Source of the DNA: an uncultured Planctomycetia bacterium
Lineage (GTDB): Bacteria; Omnitrophota; Gorgyraeia; JABMRN01; RBG-13-46-9
Assembly (NCBI GenBank): GCA_964649665.1
Contig: CAZYPU010000001.1
Location: 16,428 to 80,427, forward strand
Direction: 5' to 3'
DNA length: 64,000 nucleotides
Shown: positions 19,279-28,824 of the stretch, in pieces
Layout of the letters: every line of letters begins with the position of its first letter
Numbering within the stretch: the first letter of the stretch is position 1
Notes under the pieces: model-generated
Told to the model about the DNA's origin: nothing
Databases searched by the model: none
The model's input: only the letters and a program-made list of their open reading frames with translations
Made by a program: the position numbers and the translations under genes

Positions 19279-19886
19279 AATTGATATGCGAGCGCGCCAT
19301 GCTGGAGGGGCGGAAGATAGACCTCGCCGGCTGTCATTACGGCAGGACCACCGGGCCGCTCCCGTTTCTAAAGAGGCCGACCAACTATTATTATTTTCTG
19401 GCCGGGCTTGTCCGCTCACGGGCAATGACGGATATACTGGAGATAGGAACGCATTTCGGCGGGGCCATCATGTCCATGCGGAGGGGCCTAAAGGCGGAAA
19501 GCGCGCCCCGGAGCAGGCTTGTGACCGTGGATATAGAGCGCAAAAATCCGGACGGTTTCGGGGAATATTCCGATATCGAGCGCATTACGGGCGATTCGCT
19601 GGACGCGGATGTCGCGAAAAAAGTATGTGAATGTTTCGGCGGGGCCATAGACCTTATTTTCATAGATTCGCTTCACGAATATGAGCATACCAGAAAAAAT
19701 ATAGATATTTACGCCGGAGAGCTTAATCCGCGGTATATCGCGCTGGATGATATAAGGCAATGCGATTCGATGGCGCGCTTATGGAGGGACCTCCTTACGG
19801 AGTTTAAAGAAAACGCGTTCGACGCCTCGAATGTCTCTATCAGGAAAGGCGCCGGGTTCGGCGTCATAAAGTGGAGAAAAACTTAA
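19263..19886 (+). CDS. Class I SAM-dependent methyltransferase (CmcI/TylF/Methyltransf_24-like)
   Basis: ILEIGTHFGGAIMSM (motif I) ... LIFIDSLHEYEHTRKNIDIY. Start is a GTG at 19263 overlapping maf; an in-frame ATG at 19299 is an alternative. Confidence 0.6.
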   Translation: MQNNLKLICERAMLEGRKIDLAGCHYGRTTGPLPFLKRPTNYYYFLAGLVRSRAMTDILEIGTHFGGAIMSMRRGLKAESAPRSRLVTVDIERKNPDGFGEYSDIERITGDSLDADVAKKVCECFGGAIDLIFIDSLHEYEHTRKNIDIYAGELNPRYIALDDIRQCDSMARLWRDLLTEFKENAFDASNVSIRKGAGFGVIKWRKT

Positions 19887-19975
19887 TAAAAGCGGCCGGC
19901 TCGCTTGCAAATTATCCTTTCCGCAGGTATACTTTTAATAAGTTGCCGGGATCGCGAAAGGAGGAGGGTTAAAGC

Positions 19976-20341
19976 ATGTTCTTATTGACCAGACTTATCG
20001 GTATTATTTCTCTGGGCGCGGGGCTCATTTTTCTTTTGAATCCCGCGACGATGAAGAACGTTATTTCTTACGCGCTGAAGGGCAAAAGAATCTATGGAAT
20101 AGGCGTTGTTAGGATTGCGGTGGGCCTTGTATTGCTCATGGCCGCTTCGCAGTGCAGGGTAATATGGGCTATAATCGTAATCGGAATTTTACCGCTTACA
20201 GGCGGTATCGGTATTTTCATCCTCGGGATTGAAAAGTGCAAAGACATGATTAAAAAATGGCAGGGTAAGCCGCGGAAGATTCTGCGCCTGGTGAGCTTTG
20301 CCCCTATAATCTTCGGATTACTGATCCTTTATTTTGCCTGA
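19976..20341 (+). CDS. Hypothetical membrane protein (3-4 TM helices)
   Basis: Hydrophobic ORF. No family recognised. Confidence 0.45.
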   Translation: MFLLTRLIGIISLGAGLIFLLNPATMKNVISYALKGKRIYGIGVVRIAVGLVLLMAASQCRVIWAIIVIGILPLTGGIGIFILGIEKCKDMIKKWQGKPRKILRLVSFAPIIFGLLILYFA

Positions 20342-20363
20342 GAAGCGGAAAGAAACGGATAAA

Positions 20364-21029
20364 ATGGCGCCGCCGAGGCGCAGCGTAAAAATATACGCCG
20401 CACTTCTGCTCATTCTTGCTCTCGGTCTATTTTTTGCGGCCGGGTTGTGCCATGCGGATAAAGATGTTATTTCTCTTAAAGGCACTATCCGGCGCTTTTC
20501 ATACGGCGACAGCTTTTACGGCATAGACGGCGATGACGGAAGGCAATACAGGCCCGTGGGGCTTACGCCCGGATTCAAAATCGAGGGCCTGAAAGTAGAA
20601 GTCCGCGGCCGCCTCATCAGGAAAAAATTACTTTTCAAACCGCAGTGCATCCCGATAGAGATTATTGATATTAAAAGGGCCGGCCGCGATGAAGTAGCGG
20701 GGAAAAGGGTATATTCCGACCCGTCGATGCCCGTCAGCGTAAGAGCCGGCGAGAACTTTATCATAAAACTCGCATCCAACCGGACAACCGGCTTTCTCTG
20801 GAAGCTCACTTCGCCCGTCGATAAGAAAATCCTCAAGTGCGAAAATGTGAACTACATAAGCGGAGACGAAACCGGCATTATCATTGCGGGTTTCGCAGGC
20901 GAAGAGAGGTGGACTTTCAAGGCGGCCGGCCCGGGAAAAACGGAGGTATTTTTCGACTATATCCGGCCCTGGGAGAAAGACACGGCACCCGCCAAAAGCC
21001 TGACCTTTAAGATCAACGTTGACGATTGA
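20364..21029 (+). CDS. Secreted protein with a C-terminal chagasin-like cysteine-peptidase inhibitor (I42) domain
   Basis: Signal peptide. The C-terminal domain has NRTTGFLWKL, matching the chagasin NPTTGY.W motif, plus a downstream GxGxxxxxF block. Confidence 0.65.
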   Translation: MAPPRRSVKIYAALLLILALGLFFAAGLCHADKDVISLKGTIRRFSYGDSFYGIDGDDGRQYRPVGLTPGFKIEGLKVEVRGRLIRKKLLFKPQCIPIEIIDIKRAGRDEVAGKRVYSDPSMPVSVRAGENFIIKLASNRTTGFLWKLTSPVDKKILKCENVNYISGDETGIIIAGFAGEERWTFKAAGPGKTEVFFDYIRPWEKDTAPAKSLTFKINVDD

Positions 21030-21064
21030 GTAGTTTTTTCCGCCATTTCGCGCGAGCCCCCTTT

Positions 21065-21125
21065 GTCATTTCGAGGGTGCCCTTCGCTTTGATTCGGGAT
21101 AAACAGAAGGGCGCGCTCAGGATGA
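21065..21125. repeat. MITE-like palindromic element, short variant (TIR GTCATTTCGAGG ... CTCAGGATGAC)
   Basis: Same TIR family as 36429-36512 and related to the CATTGCGAGG elements. Confidence 0.55.
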
Positions 21126-21215
21126 CAGAGAAAACTATTTTGACGATTTTGATTGAAGTTTAAGCCGACTCATATTACAATATATTCCCGAGATGAAAAG
21201 GATGAACGAAGATAA

Positions 21216-21977
21216 ATGAGCAAGGATAAAGGCGAAAAGGGCTTGAATCCCGTCTACATAGAGGCGCTTGATCTTGATGACGCCTGGTTCCGGTGCCTGT
21301 CGGAAATACTGCGGCACGGTTATGTTTACAAGATTGACCGGGGAAGCTACGCGGGACAAAAGCGCCTTGAGTTTGATTTCATAACGGTCCGCGTCAAAAA
21401 CCCCGCCCATCAGATAATTCCCCTCATACCGGAAGGTTCCGGGATACCCGCCCCCACCGACATGAACTACATACAGCAGTATCTCTCGTATCTTCTCACG
21501 AGCCAGAAGACCAAGACCGAAGATTATACCTACGGCGAACGTCTGGTGGACCCGAAGGCAAAAATCGAAACGGAAGTTGACGGCAAAAAAATGGTTAAAG
21601 ATATGCCGCTCAAGTGCAATCAGGTGGAGGAGGTCATAAAGATTTACAAGACCCAGGGATTCGGGACCAACCAGGCTGTCATGGAAATAGGCATGCCATC
21701 GGACATAATGCTCGAGGACCCGCCGTGCCTGCGCATAATAGATACGCGCGTGCGCTACGGAAAACTGCATTTTTTCCTGTACTTCCGCTCCTGGGATCTC
21801 TGGGGAGGTTTTCCTTCGAATCTCGGCGGGCTTGAACTTGTGAAGCAATACATGGCGGACGAGATAGGGGTGGGAAACGGCGAAATCGTGGCGTGCTCCA
21901 AAGGGCTTCACCTCTACGAATACGCCTGGGAACTAGCCAAACAGAGAACCCATAAATACGACCTGGAAATAAAATGA
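21216..21977 (+). CDS. Thymidylate synthase family protein (ThyA fold, short archaeal-like type with a P-C-L active-site triad)
   Basis: EDPPCLRIIDTRV (nucleophile Cys), GKLHFFLYFRSWDLWGGFPSNLGGLELV (the RSxD..G.P.N block), and CSKGLHLYEY (the D.H.Y block). Confidence 0.6.
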   Translation: MSKDKGEKGLNPVYIEALDLDDAWFRCLSEILRHGYVYKIDRGSYAGQKRLEFDFITVRVKNPAHQIIPLIPEGSGIPAPTDMNYIQQYLSYLLTSQKTKTEDYTYGERLVDPKAKIETEVDGKKMVKDMPLKCNQVEEVIKIYKTQGFGTNQAVMEIGMPSDIMLEDPPCLRIIDTRVRYGKLHFFLYFRSWDLWGGFPSNLGGLELVKQYMADEIGVGNGEIVACSKGLHLYEYAWELAKQRTHKYDLEIK

Positions 21978-21991
21978 TCCCGCAGGAATAG

Positions 21992-23002
21992 ATGCAAAAA
22001 GTAAGATATGAAATCGACCCACATAACAGGCTTGTTATCAAAGATACCGGCCGAAAAACCCGCCTTCACGCCTTCAGAAGATCCCTGGACGGCAAATTCA
22101 AGATAGGCAAAAACAATACGCTGACCTACCGCGTAAAGGCCCCGATGCCCCGCGACGCGAATATTCCGCATCAGGTTAAATTAAGGGGAAAATGGTCGCT
22201 AAACAAGCGCCGCGATTTAATATTGACCCTCGATAAATGGGGCAGGCAGACCTTCGGCGACAGGCTGACGCTTACGGGGAACATAATAGGCGTAAATAAA
22301 GACGCGCTTCTTTTTGCCGTTTCCACCCGGACCAAAGAAGGCACCCGCTCGACTTACTGCCTGAAACTCAGCGGTTCGTGGCGGGCCGACCGGCATAACC
22401 GCCTTACGTTCAGGGTAAAAAAAGAGCGCGGAAGGCACGACATTCTAATCCTTGACGGGATATGGGAGATAGGCAAAAACCATCAAATTATATATCGCTA
22501 TGAAAAAGCCCGCCTCATACGTAAATCGAAAAAAATACATACTCTGAACTTTAAGGGGCACTGGGACATTAAGGGCAAAGCGCGAATTTCGTACGTTTTC
22601 GAAGGAAATACGGGCCCGAGTTTTGATTTCAGAACCGGCGCGGGCCTCTTCCGGGAAAACTATATAAAATACGAAATAGGCATAGGCCTCTCGCGGAGAG
22701 CCGGGCCCGCCAGGCGGATAGTCGCCCTTTTCGGCAGATGGAAAATAAACAGAAGAAAAGAGTTAATGTTCGAAGTAAAATATGAAAACGGAAAAATTCA
22801 CGCCATCGCTTTCAGCGCGGACATAAAAATAACGGATAAAGACACGATATTATTCAGGCTCAGGGCCAATAGCGGCAGGGATATAAGCGCGAATCTGAAA
22901 CTTTCCCGCAGTATGTTAGGGGGAAGCGCCGAGGCATTCGCGCGGGCGCTTAAATCGAAGCGGGAGTCCGCCGTTTATGCCGGCGCGGCTCTTGAATGGT
23001 AA
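21992..23002 (+). CDS. Hypothetical basic beta-rich protein with internal ~45-aa repeats
   Basis: Repeating L-x-G-x-W-x-[IL]-x-K blocks. No family recognised. Confidence 0.45.
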   Translation: MQKVRYEIDPHNRLVIKDTGRKTRLHAFRRSLDGKFKIGKNNTLTYRVKAPMPRDANIPHQVKLRGKWSLNKRRDLILTLDKWGRQTFGDRLTLTGNIIGVNKDALLFAVSTRTKEGTRSTYCLKLSGSWRADRHNRLTFRVKKERGRHDILILDGIWEIGKNHQIIYRYEKARLIRKSKKIHTLNFKGHWDIKGKARISYVFEGNTGPSFDFRTGAGLFRENYIKYEIGIGLSRRAGPARRIVALFGRWKINRRKELMFEVKYENGKIHAIAFSADIKITDKDTILFRLRANSGRDISANLKLSRSMLGGSAEAFARALKSKRESAVYAGAALEW

Positions 23003-23079
23003 CAATAATAGATAAATAAAACTTGAGGGTTCTTACCTATAGGGGTATAATCAAAGTTACAAACAAAGGAGGGACCGAA

Positions 23080-24270
23080 ATGAAAGAAAATCGGTTTTTA
23101 TCCCCGGCTTTATTGCTCACATTTCTCGGCGTATTCCTTTCAGGGTGTTCCTACTTTCCCATCCAGACAGCCACCCCCTACATCAAAGACCTGTATAGAC
23201 GCATTCCGTATAAGATGGACGGCCACTACAGGGTAATCAGTATTTTCTACGCGACATGCCGTAAGGTTGAAAAAGGGAAAGATTTTTCGTCGTCTTTCCT
23301 GCCGAAACTCGGGGACAAAACCTCATACGGTAAAATGGATGTCAAAGTGAACCCCCGCCTTAAAATAGGAAAGATGCAGCCCGCGAGCCTTAAGAAAAGG
23401 GGCATGATAGAAATGGATGGCCTCGAGGAAATGGGAAGCGATAATTTTATAGAGCGCCTGGACGAGGCGGTCAAAAACTCCCCGCATAATTCCCTCCTTG
23501 TGCTCGCGTTCGGTTACAAGGACGATTTTGAGGTGACGGCGATAAAGGCCGCTTACTTCGCCTATCTGCTTGATGTCAATACGCCGGTTCTTCTTTTTGA
23601 CTGGCCCGGCGACCAGCCGGTAAGCATAGGCGGCTATAAGAAGGCGCAATCCCTCGCTGTGGAGTCCGGGCCCTACATGGGGAGGCTCCTGGCGAAAATC
23701 GCGCGGGAGATAAAACCACAGAAGCTCTGGGTCGAGTCATCCAGCCTGGGATGCCAGGTTGTGTGCTCGGCTTTCGAGCACATGTGTAAGTATAATGACT
23801 GTGCAGATCCGGATTTTGAGATAGACCATGTGATACTTTCCGCGCCCGATGTCAGCAAAGAAGAGTTTGACAACTCGTTTGAGAACGAAATCTCGGCGCT
23901 TACGAGATATCTGACAATGTATGTTTCCTCGGACGACGAAGCGCTTCTTCTCAGCGGAATTATAGACGGCGAAAAAAAACTCGGCCGCCAGGTGATAAAG
24001 CCCACTGAGCACGTAAAGGACCATGAACAGTTCCAAGAGATGAAAAGTCTTATGTATCTTAAATCGCTTCATTCGGATAAAATTTCCCTGGTTGACGTAA
24101 CCCCGGTAAACAGGGCAAGCAACCGCCACGGCTATTACCTTGAATCGCCCGATTACTTCGACGATTTCTACATACGCATTTTGGCAAAACAGCCAAACTT
24201 AAACCGGCGACTCTACCTTATGAAAGTCAGGGAAAAGGTTGATTGCTGGGTTCTGCTGGGAGAGAGATAA
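23080..24270 (+). CDS. Lipoprotein, putative alpha/beta hydrolase (DUF900-like layout)
   Basis: Lipobox LSGC after the signal peptide. Domain order VLAFGYKDDF ... LLFDWPGDQ ... ESSSLGCQ (a candidate nucleophile elbow). The true start is the ATG at 23080 after the RBS AAGGAGGG. Confidence 0.5.
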   Translation: MKENRFLSPALLLTFLGVFLSGCSYFPIQTATPYIKDLYRRIPYKMDGHYRVISIFYATCRKVEKGKDFSSSFLPKLGDKTSYGKMDVKVNPRLKIGKMQPASLKKRGMIEMDGLEEMGSDNFIERLDEAVKNSPHNSLLVLAFGYKDDFEVTAIKAAYFAYLLDVNTPVLLFDWPGDQPVSIGGYKKAQSLAVESGPYMGRLLAKIAREIKPQKLWVESSSLGCQVVCSAFEHMCKYNDCADPDFEIDHVILSAPDVSKEEFDNSFENEISALTRYLTMYVSSDDEALLLSGIIDGEKKLGRQVIKPTEHVKDHEQFQEMKSLMYLKSLHSDKISLVDVTPVNRASNRHGYYLESPDYFDDFYIRILAKQPNLNRRLYLMKVREKVDCWVLLGER

Positions 24271-24316
24271 AAAATATTACAGATTCATGCGGATAAAACA
24301 AAAGAGGGAGGAAGGG

Positions 24317-24589
24317 ATGGCGCAGATAAAGATTGAAAAATTGCCGGAAGAAAAACTTAAAAAAATGGGCGTTTTTTCATGGCCCGTATGGGAAAAGGAA
24401 GTATCGCGCTTTGATTGGCATTACAATGATACCGAAATGTGCTATATCATTGAGGGAAAAGTAAGCGTGGAAACGGAGCCCGGAAAGGGCGTGAGCTTCG
24501 GCCCGGGAGATTTTGTTACATTTCCGAAAGGCCTGAAGTGCGTCTGGGACATAAAGGAGCCTGTTAAGAAGCATTACAACTTTAAATAA
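24317..24589 (+). CDS. Cupin domain protein (cupin_3/DUF861-like)
   Basis: GVFSWPVWEKEVSRFDWHYNDTEMCYIIEGKVSV...GDFVTFPKGLKCVWDIKEPVKKHY. Confidence 0.7.
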   Translation: MAQIKIEKLPEEKLKKMGVFSWPVWEKEVSRFDWHYNDTEMCYIIEGKVSVETEPGKGVSFGPGDFVTFPKGLKCVWDIKEPVKKHYNFK

Positions 24590-25599
24590 TGAAAAAGCCG
24601 TACATAACCCTGAAATTCGCCCAGACGCTGGACGGTAAAATTGCCGCGCCCGACGGCTCATCGAAGTGGATAAGCGGCCCGCAGGCGCGAAAATTCGCCC
24701 ACGGATTACGCGCAAAAAATGACGCCGTTCTTGTCGGGATAAGAACTATCCTGCGTGACAACCCCGCCCTTACCGTCCGCCTTGTAAAGGGGGGAAACCC
24801 CGCCAGGGTCGTTATTGACCGCAGGCTTCGCGTGCCGCTTGAGGCGCGCGTTGTGAAAGAAGCTAACCTCGCGAAAACAATTATTATTACTACGCCAAAA
24901 GCCCCGGAAAGCAAGATGAAACGGCTTAAAGCGGCGGGTGTCGAAATTATAGTTTTACCGGCCTCAAAAGGAGGGTATATTGACTTACACAGGATTATCC
25001 GTATACTCTATAAGAAGGGAATCAGGAGGATGCTTGTTGAAGGCGGCGCTCGCGTTATCGCCTCTTTCCTGAAAGCGCGCCTCGCGGATAGGATCATAAC
25101 GGTTATATCACCCAGGATTCTGGGAAGGGGCGTGGAAAGCGCGGGGGACATGGGTATCGGGAATATAAAAAATGCCGTTAAGTTACGAATAAAAAACGTA
25201 AAGCGCCTCGGTAAAGACATAATTTACACCTCGGCGGGCTTTACCCTTTTTGAAATAATGGTAGTTATTCTTATCGTCGGCTTCCTCGCGATGATAGCCA
25301 TACCCAATTACATGCAGGCCCGCCTTAAGACACAAGAGGAGTTGTGCCTCGCAAACCAGAAAGCGATCTTTGTCGCGGCCGCGGGATATGTTTTAAATGA
25401 GGCGGATTCCCTGGCGGCGATGAGTAATGACGAGCGTCTTGACGCACTTGTGGAGAGGGGATACCTTAGAAGCGCGGAATGGCAGGGATGCCCCTCGGCC
25501 CCCGGCGGAAACGGCAAGGATTATACCCTGGTATTCGACGGCGATGCTATTACCGACGTGGAGTGCGACATAAAAGGCGGCCAGCACCAGTGGCCGTAA
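24589..25599 (+). CDS. RibD C-terminal-type reductase domain (5-amino-6-ribosylamino-uracil reductase-like), in frame with a complete type IV pilin/pseudopilin-like domain
   Basis: Residues 1-215 have the RibD_C/DHFR-like pattern (LKFAQTLDGKIA ... LVEGGARV ... RLGKDIIY). This is followed directly by GFTLFEIMVVILIVGFLAMIAIPNY (a prepilin N-terminal methylation motif with E5) and a C-terminal Cys pair. Confidence 0.6.
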   Translation: MKKPYITLKFAQTLDGKIAAPDGSSKWISGPQARKFAHGLRAKNDAVLVGIRTILRDNPALTVRLVKGGNPARVVIDRRLRVPLEARVVKEANLAKTIIITTPKAPESKMKRLKAAGVEIIVLPASKGGYIDLHRIIRILYKKGIRRMLVEGGARVIASFLKARLADRIITVISPRILGRGVESAGDMGIGNIKNAVKLRIKNVKRLGKDIIYTSAGFTLFEIMVVILIVGFLAMIAIPNYMQARLKTQEELCLANQKAIFVAAAGYVLNEADSLAAMSNDERLDALVERGYLRSAEWQGCPSAPGGNGKDYTLVFDGDAITDVECDIKGGQHQWP

Positions 25600-25600
25600 T

Positions 25601-26140
25601 ATGAATTCGAAATCCGGATCTTATATTTTATCCGGATTTTTATTTTTGTCATTTGCTATTACAACAGGGGGTAATGCCATGGCGCTTCGATTAACGAGCC
25701 CCGCTTTTAAAGACGGGGAATTTATTCCGGATAAATATACGGGTAAAGGCGAGGATATTTCGCCGCCCCTTGAATGGGTGGACGCGCCAGGCGGGACGAA
25801 GAGCTTTGCGCTTATTTCCGATGACCCTGACGCGCCGATGGGCACGTGGGTTCATTGGGTTTTGTATGGCATACCCGCGGACAAAAAAAATCTCCCGGAG
25901 GGGGTAAAAAAAGACGGCGTTTTACCTGACGGCGCCATGCAGGGTATGACCAATTTCGGAAGTGTCGGCTACGGAGGGCCGTATCCGCCCCCCGGCCCGG
26001 CGCACAGGTATTTTTTCAGACTCTACGCCGTCGGAGCGAAATTGAATTTAAAATCGGGCCTCACGAAGAAAGCGCTTTTGGAGGCGATAAAAGAACATAT
26101 TATCGCGAAAGCTGAGCTTATGGGGAAATACCGGAGGTGA
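25601..26140 (+). CDS. YbhB/YbcL family PEBP (Raf kinase inhibitor-like) protein, secreted
   Basis: DDPDAPMGTWVHWV (D-P-D-x-P motif) and the GYGGPYPPPGPAHRYFFRLYA (His-containing YxGP region) PEBP signatures. Signal peptide. Confidence 0.85.
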   Translation: MNSKSGSYILSGFLFLSFAITTGGNAMALRLTSPAFKDGEFIPDKYTGKGEDISPPLEWVDAPGGTKSFALISDDPDAPMGTWVHWVLYGIPADKKNLPEGVKKDGVLPDGAMQGMTNFGSVGYGGPYPPPGPAHRYFFRLYAVGAKLNLKSGLTKKALLEAIKEHIIAKAELMGKYRR

Positions 26141-26784
26141 AACCCGCGAAAGAACGCGTCGCCGGCATTATAAGGGCGCTGCGCGGGGAGTATCCGGGAG
26201 CGAAAACGACGCTCAGTCATAAATCAGCTTTTGAGCTTCTTATCTCCACGATCCTTTCCGCGCAGTGTACCGACGCGCGCGTAAATAAAATAACGCCCGG
26301 ACTTTTCAGAAAGCATAAAAACCCGGGCGCTTTTGCCCGCGTAAAACAGGGCGTTTTGGAAAAAGAAATACGCTCTACGGGATTCTACAGGAACAAGGCG
26401 AAGAATATCATAGCGGCTTCAAAAAAGATAGTGAAGGAATTCGACGGCAAGGTTCCCGAGACAATGGACACCCTTACGAGCCTTCCGGGCGTGGCGCGAA
26501 AGACCGCCAATATAGTGCTTTCGAGTTCTTTCCGCAAGGCCGAGGGCATAGCGGTCGATACCCATGTCAAGCGGCTCTCGGGAAGGATCGGCCTGAGCGC
26601 GGAAAGGGACCCGGTCAAGATAGAAAAAGACCTTATGGAAATAGTCCCGCGCGGGGACTGGCTTGATTTTAATCACCTTCTTGTCAGTCATGGCCGCAAG
26701 ATCTGCAGCGCGCGAAAACCTCTCTGCGCGGAGTGCGTGATAAAATACCTCTGTCCTTCAGTGGGGACAGGCGCGGGCCCGTAG
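26137..26784 (+). CDS. nth: Endonuclease III (Nth)
   Basis: HhH-GPD motif LPGVARKTANIVL, catalytic Lys, and the 4Fe-4S loop C-x6-C-x2-C-x5-C (CSARKPLCAECVIKYLC). GTG start overlapping the upstream stop. Confidence 0.85.
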   Translation: MKPAKERVAGIIRALRGEYPGAKTTLSHKSAFELLISTILSAQCTDARVNKITPGLFRKHKNPGAFARVKQGVLEKEIRSTGFYRNKAKNIIAASKKIVKEFDGKVPETMDTLTSLPGVARKTANIVLSSSFRKAEGIAVDTHVKRLSGRIGLSAERDPVKIEKDLMEIVPRGDWLDFNHLLVSHGRKICSARKPLCAECVIKYLCPSVGTGAGP

Positions 26785-26793
26785 GGGGAGTAT

Positions 26794-27798
26794 ATGCAAA
26801 AAGAAGCGATGCTATACGAAACGTTAGATAACGATCGCGCGCATTGCTTCCTGTGCGCCCACAATTGCAAAATTGACGATTCGAAATACGGCGTTTGCGG
26901 CGTTCGCAGAAACGAAAAAGGGGCCCTTTATACGTGCGTGTACGCCGAAGCAATCGCCGCTCACGTGGACCCTATCGAGAAAAAGCCGTTTTATCACTTT
27001 CTCCCCGGCACCCGGGCGTTTTCTATCGCGACGATCGGCTGCAATTTCCACTGTCCATTCTGCCAGAACTGGCAGATATCGCAGGAATCAAAAAGAAACG
27101 GCGCTTTCGCAGGAAGGGAACTCAAACCCGAAGAAATCGTAAGGCAGGCGAAAAAAAACAAATGTAAGAGCATATCCTATACCTATACGGAGCCAACCGT
27201 ATTTTTTGAATATGCGTACGATACCTCCAAACTGGCGAAAAAAGAAGGGCTCTTTAACACCTTCGTGACAAACGGTTACATGAGCGCGGAGGCGCTGGAG
27301 ACGATAAAACCGTATCTCGACGCCTGCAATGTGGACCTTAAATTTTTTAACGAGCAAATGTATAAAAAGATATGCGGAGGGTCCCTTGGGCCGGTCCTTG
27401 AATCCATTCGCCTGATGAAGAAGCTCGGTATATGGGTTGAGGTTACGACACTGATCGTGCCGGGGCTGAACGACAGCGACGGGGAGCTTAAAGGCATCGC
27501 GGGATTCATAAAAAGCGTTGACGCGGCGGTTCCCTGGCATATAAGCAGGTTTCATCCCGATTATAAATTTACGGATACGGAAGACACCCCGCTTGCGGCT
27601 CTCAAGAGGGCCGAATCCATCGGGAAAGCAGAGGGCCTCAAATACATATATTTAGGCAACGTCGCCGAAGAAGGCAATACCCTCTGCGGTAAATGCGGCA
27701 AGGTTCTCATATCGAGGGCCGGTTATGCTATCGCGGAGAATAGCATAAAAAACGGAAAGTGCCCCGCGTGCGCCGCGGCGGTAGAAGGCGTGTGGTGA
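26794..27798 (+). CDS. AmmeMemoRadiSam system radical SAM enzyme
   Basis: CNFHCPFCQN radical SAM cluster motif and the N-terminal CFLCAHNC..GVCGVR cysteine motif characteristic of this family. Confidence 0.8.
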   Translation: MQKEAMLYETLDNDRAHCFLCAHNCKIDDSKYGVCGVRRNEKGALYTCVYAEAIAAHVDPIEKKPFYHFLPGTRAFSIATIGCNFHCPFCQNWQISQESKRNGAFAGRELKPEEIVRQAKKNKCKSISYTYTEPTVFFEYAYDTSKLAKKEGLFNTFVTNGYMSAEALETIKPYLDACNVDLKFFNEQMYKKICGGSLGPVLESIRLMKKLGIWVEVTTLIVPGLNDSDGELKGIAGFIKSVDAAVPWHISRFHPDYKFTDTEDTPLAALKRAESIGKAEGLKYIYLGNVAEEGNTLCGKCGKVLISRAGYAIAENSIKNGKCPACAAAVEGVW

Positions 27799-27799
27799 T

Positions 27800-28822
27800 A
27801 TGTATATAGTGTGGATTAAATTCGCGATATGCGCGTGCTTTATTCTTTTCGCGGGCAAGCGGATAGCCATGTACGCCGATGTCATAGCCGAGAAAACAGG
27901 CCTCGGCGGATTATGGATAGGCCTCGTTCTCGTGGCGGTAGCGACAAGCCTTCCCGAGCTTTTTACCGGTATCGGCAGCGTTGTCTTTCTCGATGCGCCG
28001 GATCTTACGATAGGGAACCTTTTCGGCGCAAATTCATATAATCTGCTCAATATCGGATTTCTTGATCTAATTACAAAGGGAAGCCCCCTTCTTTGCTCGC
28101 TCGGGTCCGGCCAGCTTTTAACGGCTGTTTTTACACTGATACCTATTTTGCTGGCTGCGCTCGGAATAATCTTCTGGAAAAGCGGTTTTCACGTATGGAG
28201 CATAGGTAACGTAGGATTCTTCAGTATTGCCATTATCATTTCGTATTGCGTTATTACGAAAATTATATATAATTTTGAAAAAAGAAAAGCCGTAAAAAAA
28301 GAGAATACCCGCCTGCCCGCTCCGCCGAAGGCCAAATATGATGACATTTCCCTTAAGAAAGCGTATATCCATTATGGGATTTCCGCCGGGGTGATCATAC
28401 TGAGCGGCATTTGGCTTGCATATATAGGTAAGGAGATATCGGAAATTATGGGCCTTAACCAGAGTTTCGTAGGCAGTCTCTTCATAGGCCTCGCTACGAC
28501 GCTTCCGGAAATCACGGTTTCCGTAGCGGCGCTCCTTATAGGGGCGCGAGAAATTGCCGTGGCCAATATGCTCGGAAGCAACCTCTTTAATACCGCGATT
28601 ATTTTTGTAAATGATGTTTTATACCGAAAATCCCCGATACTCGAGGCCGTTTCGCCGGGCCACCTGCGGCAGGCTTTCTGTGTTATGGCCATGACAGCCG
28701 TGGTGATTCTCGGCATGACAATGAAGCCGAAAAAAAAGTTTCTTAATATAAGCTGGTACGTTCCGGTGCTTTTTATTATCTTTCTGGTAAGCGCGTATTT
28801 TAATTTCCTTGGAGGGGGGTAA
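27800..28822 (+). CDS. Na+/Ca2+ exchanger family (CaCA/YrbG-like) membrane protein
   Basis: Two alpha-repeat signatures, ATSLPE and ATTLPE, in a 10-TM protein. Confidence 0.8.
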   Translation: MYIVWIKFAICACFILFAGKRIAMYADVIAEKTGLGGLWIGLVLVAVATSLPELFTGIGSVVFLDAPDLTIGNLFGANSYNLLNIGFLDLITKGSPLLCSLGSGQLLTAVFTLIPILLAALGIIFWKSGFHVWSIGNVGFFSIAIIISYCVITKIIYNFEKRKAVKKENTRLPAPPKAKYDDISLKKAYIHYGISAGVIILSGIWLAYIGKEISEIMGLNQSFVGSLFIGLATTLPEITVSVAALLIGAREIAVANMLGSNLFNTAIIFVNDVLYRKSPILEAVSPGHLRQAFCVMAMTAVVILGMTMKPKKKFLNISWYVPVLFIIFLVSAYFNFLGGG

Positions 28823-28824
28823 AA

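Noticed and set aside
21135-21911. 258-aa ORF on the minus strand
   Set aside because: Entirely antisense to the ThyA-fold gene, which carries strong conserved motifs. No RBS or start context. Treated as a shadow ORF.
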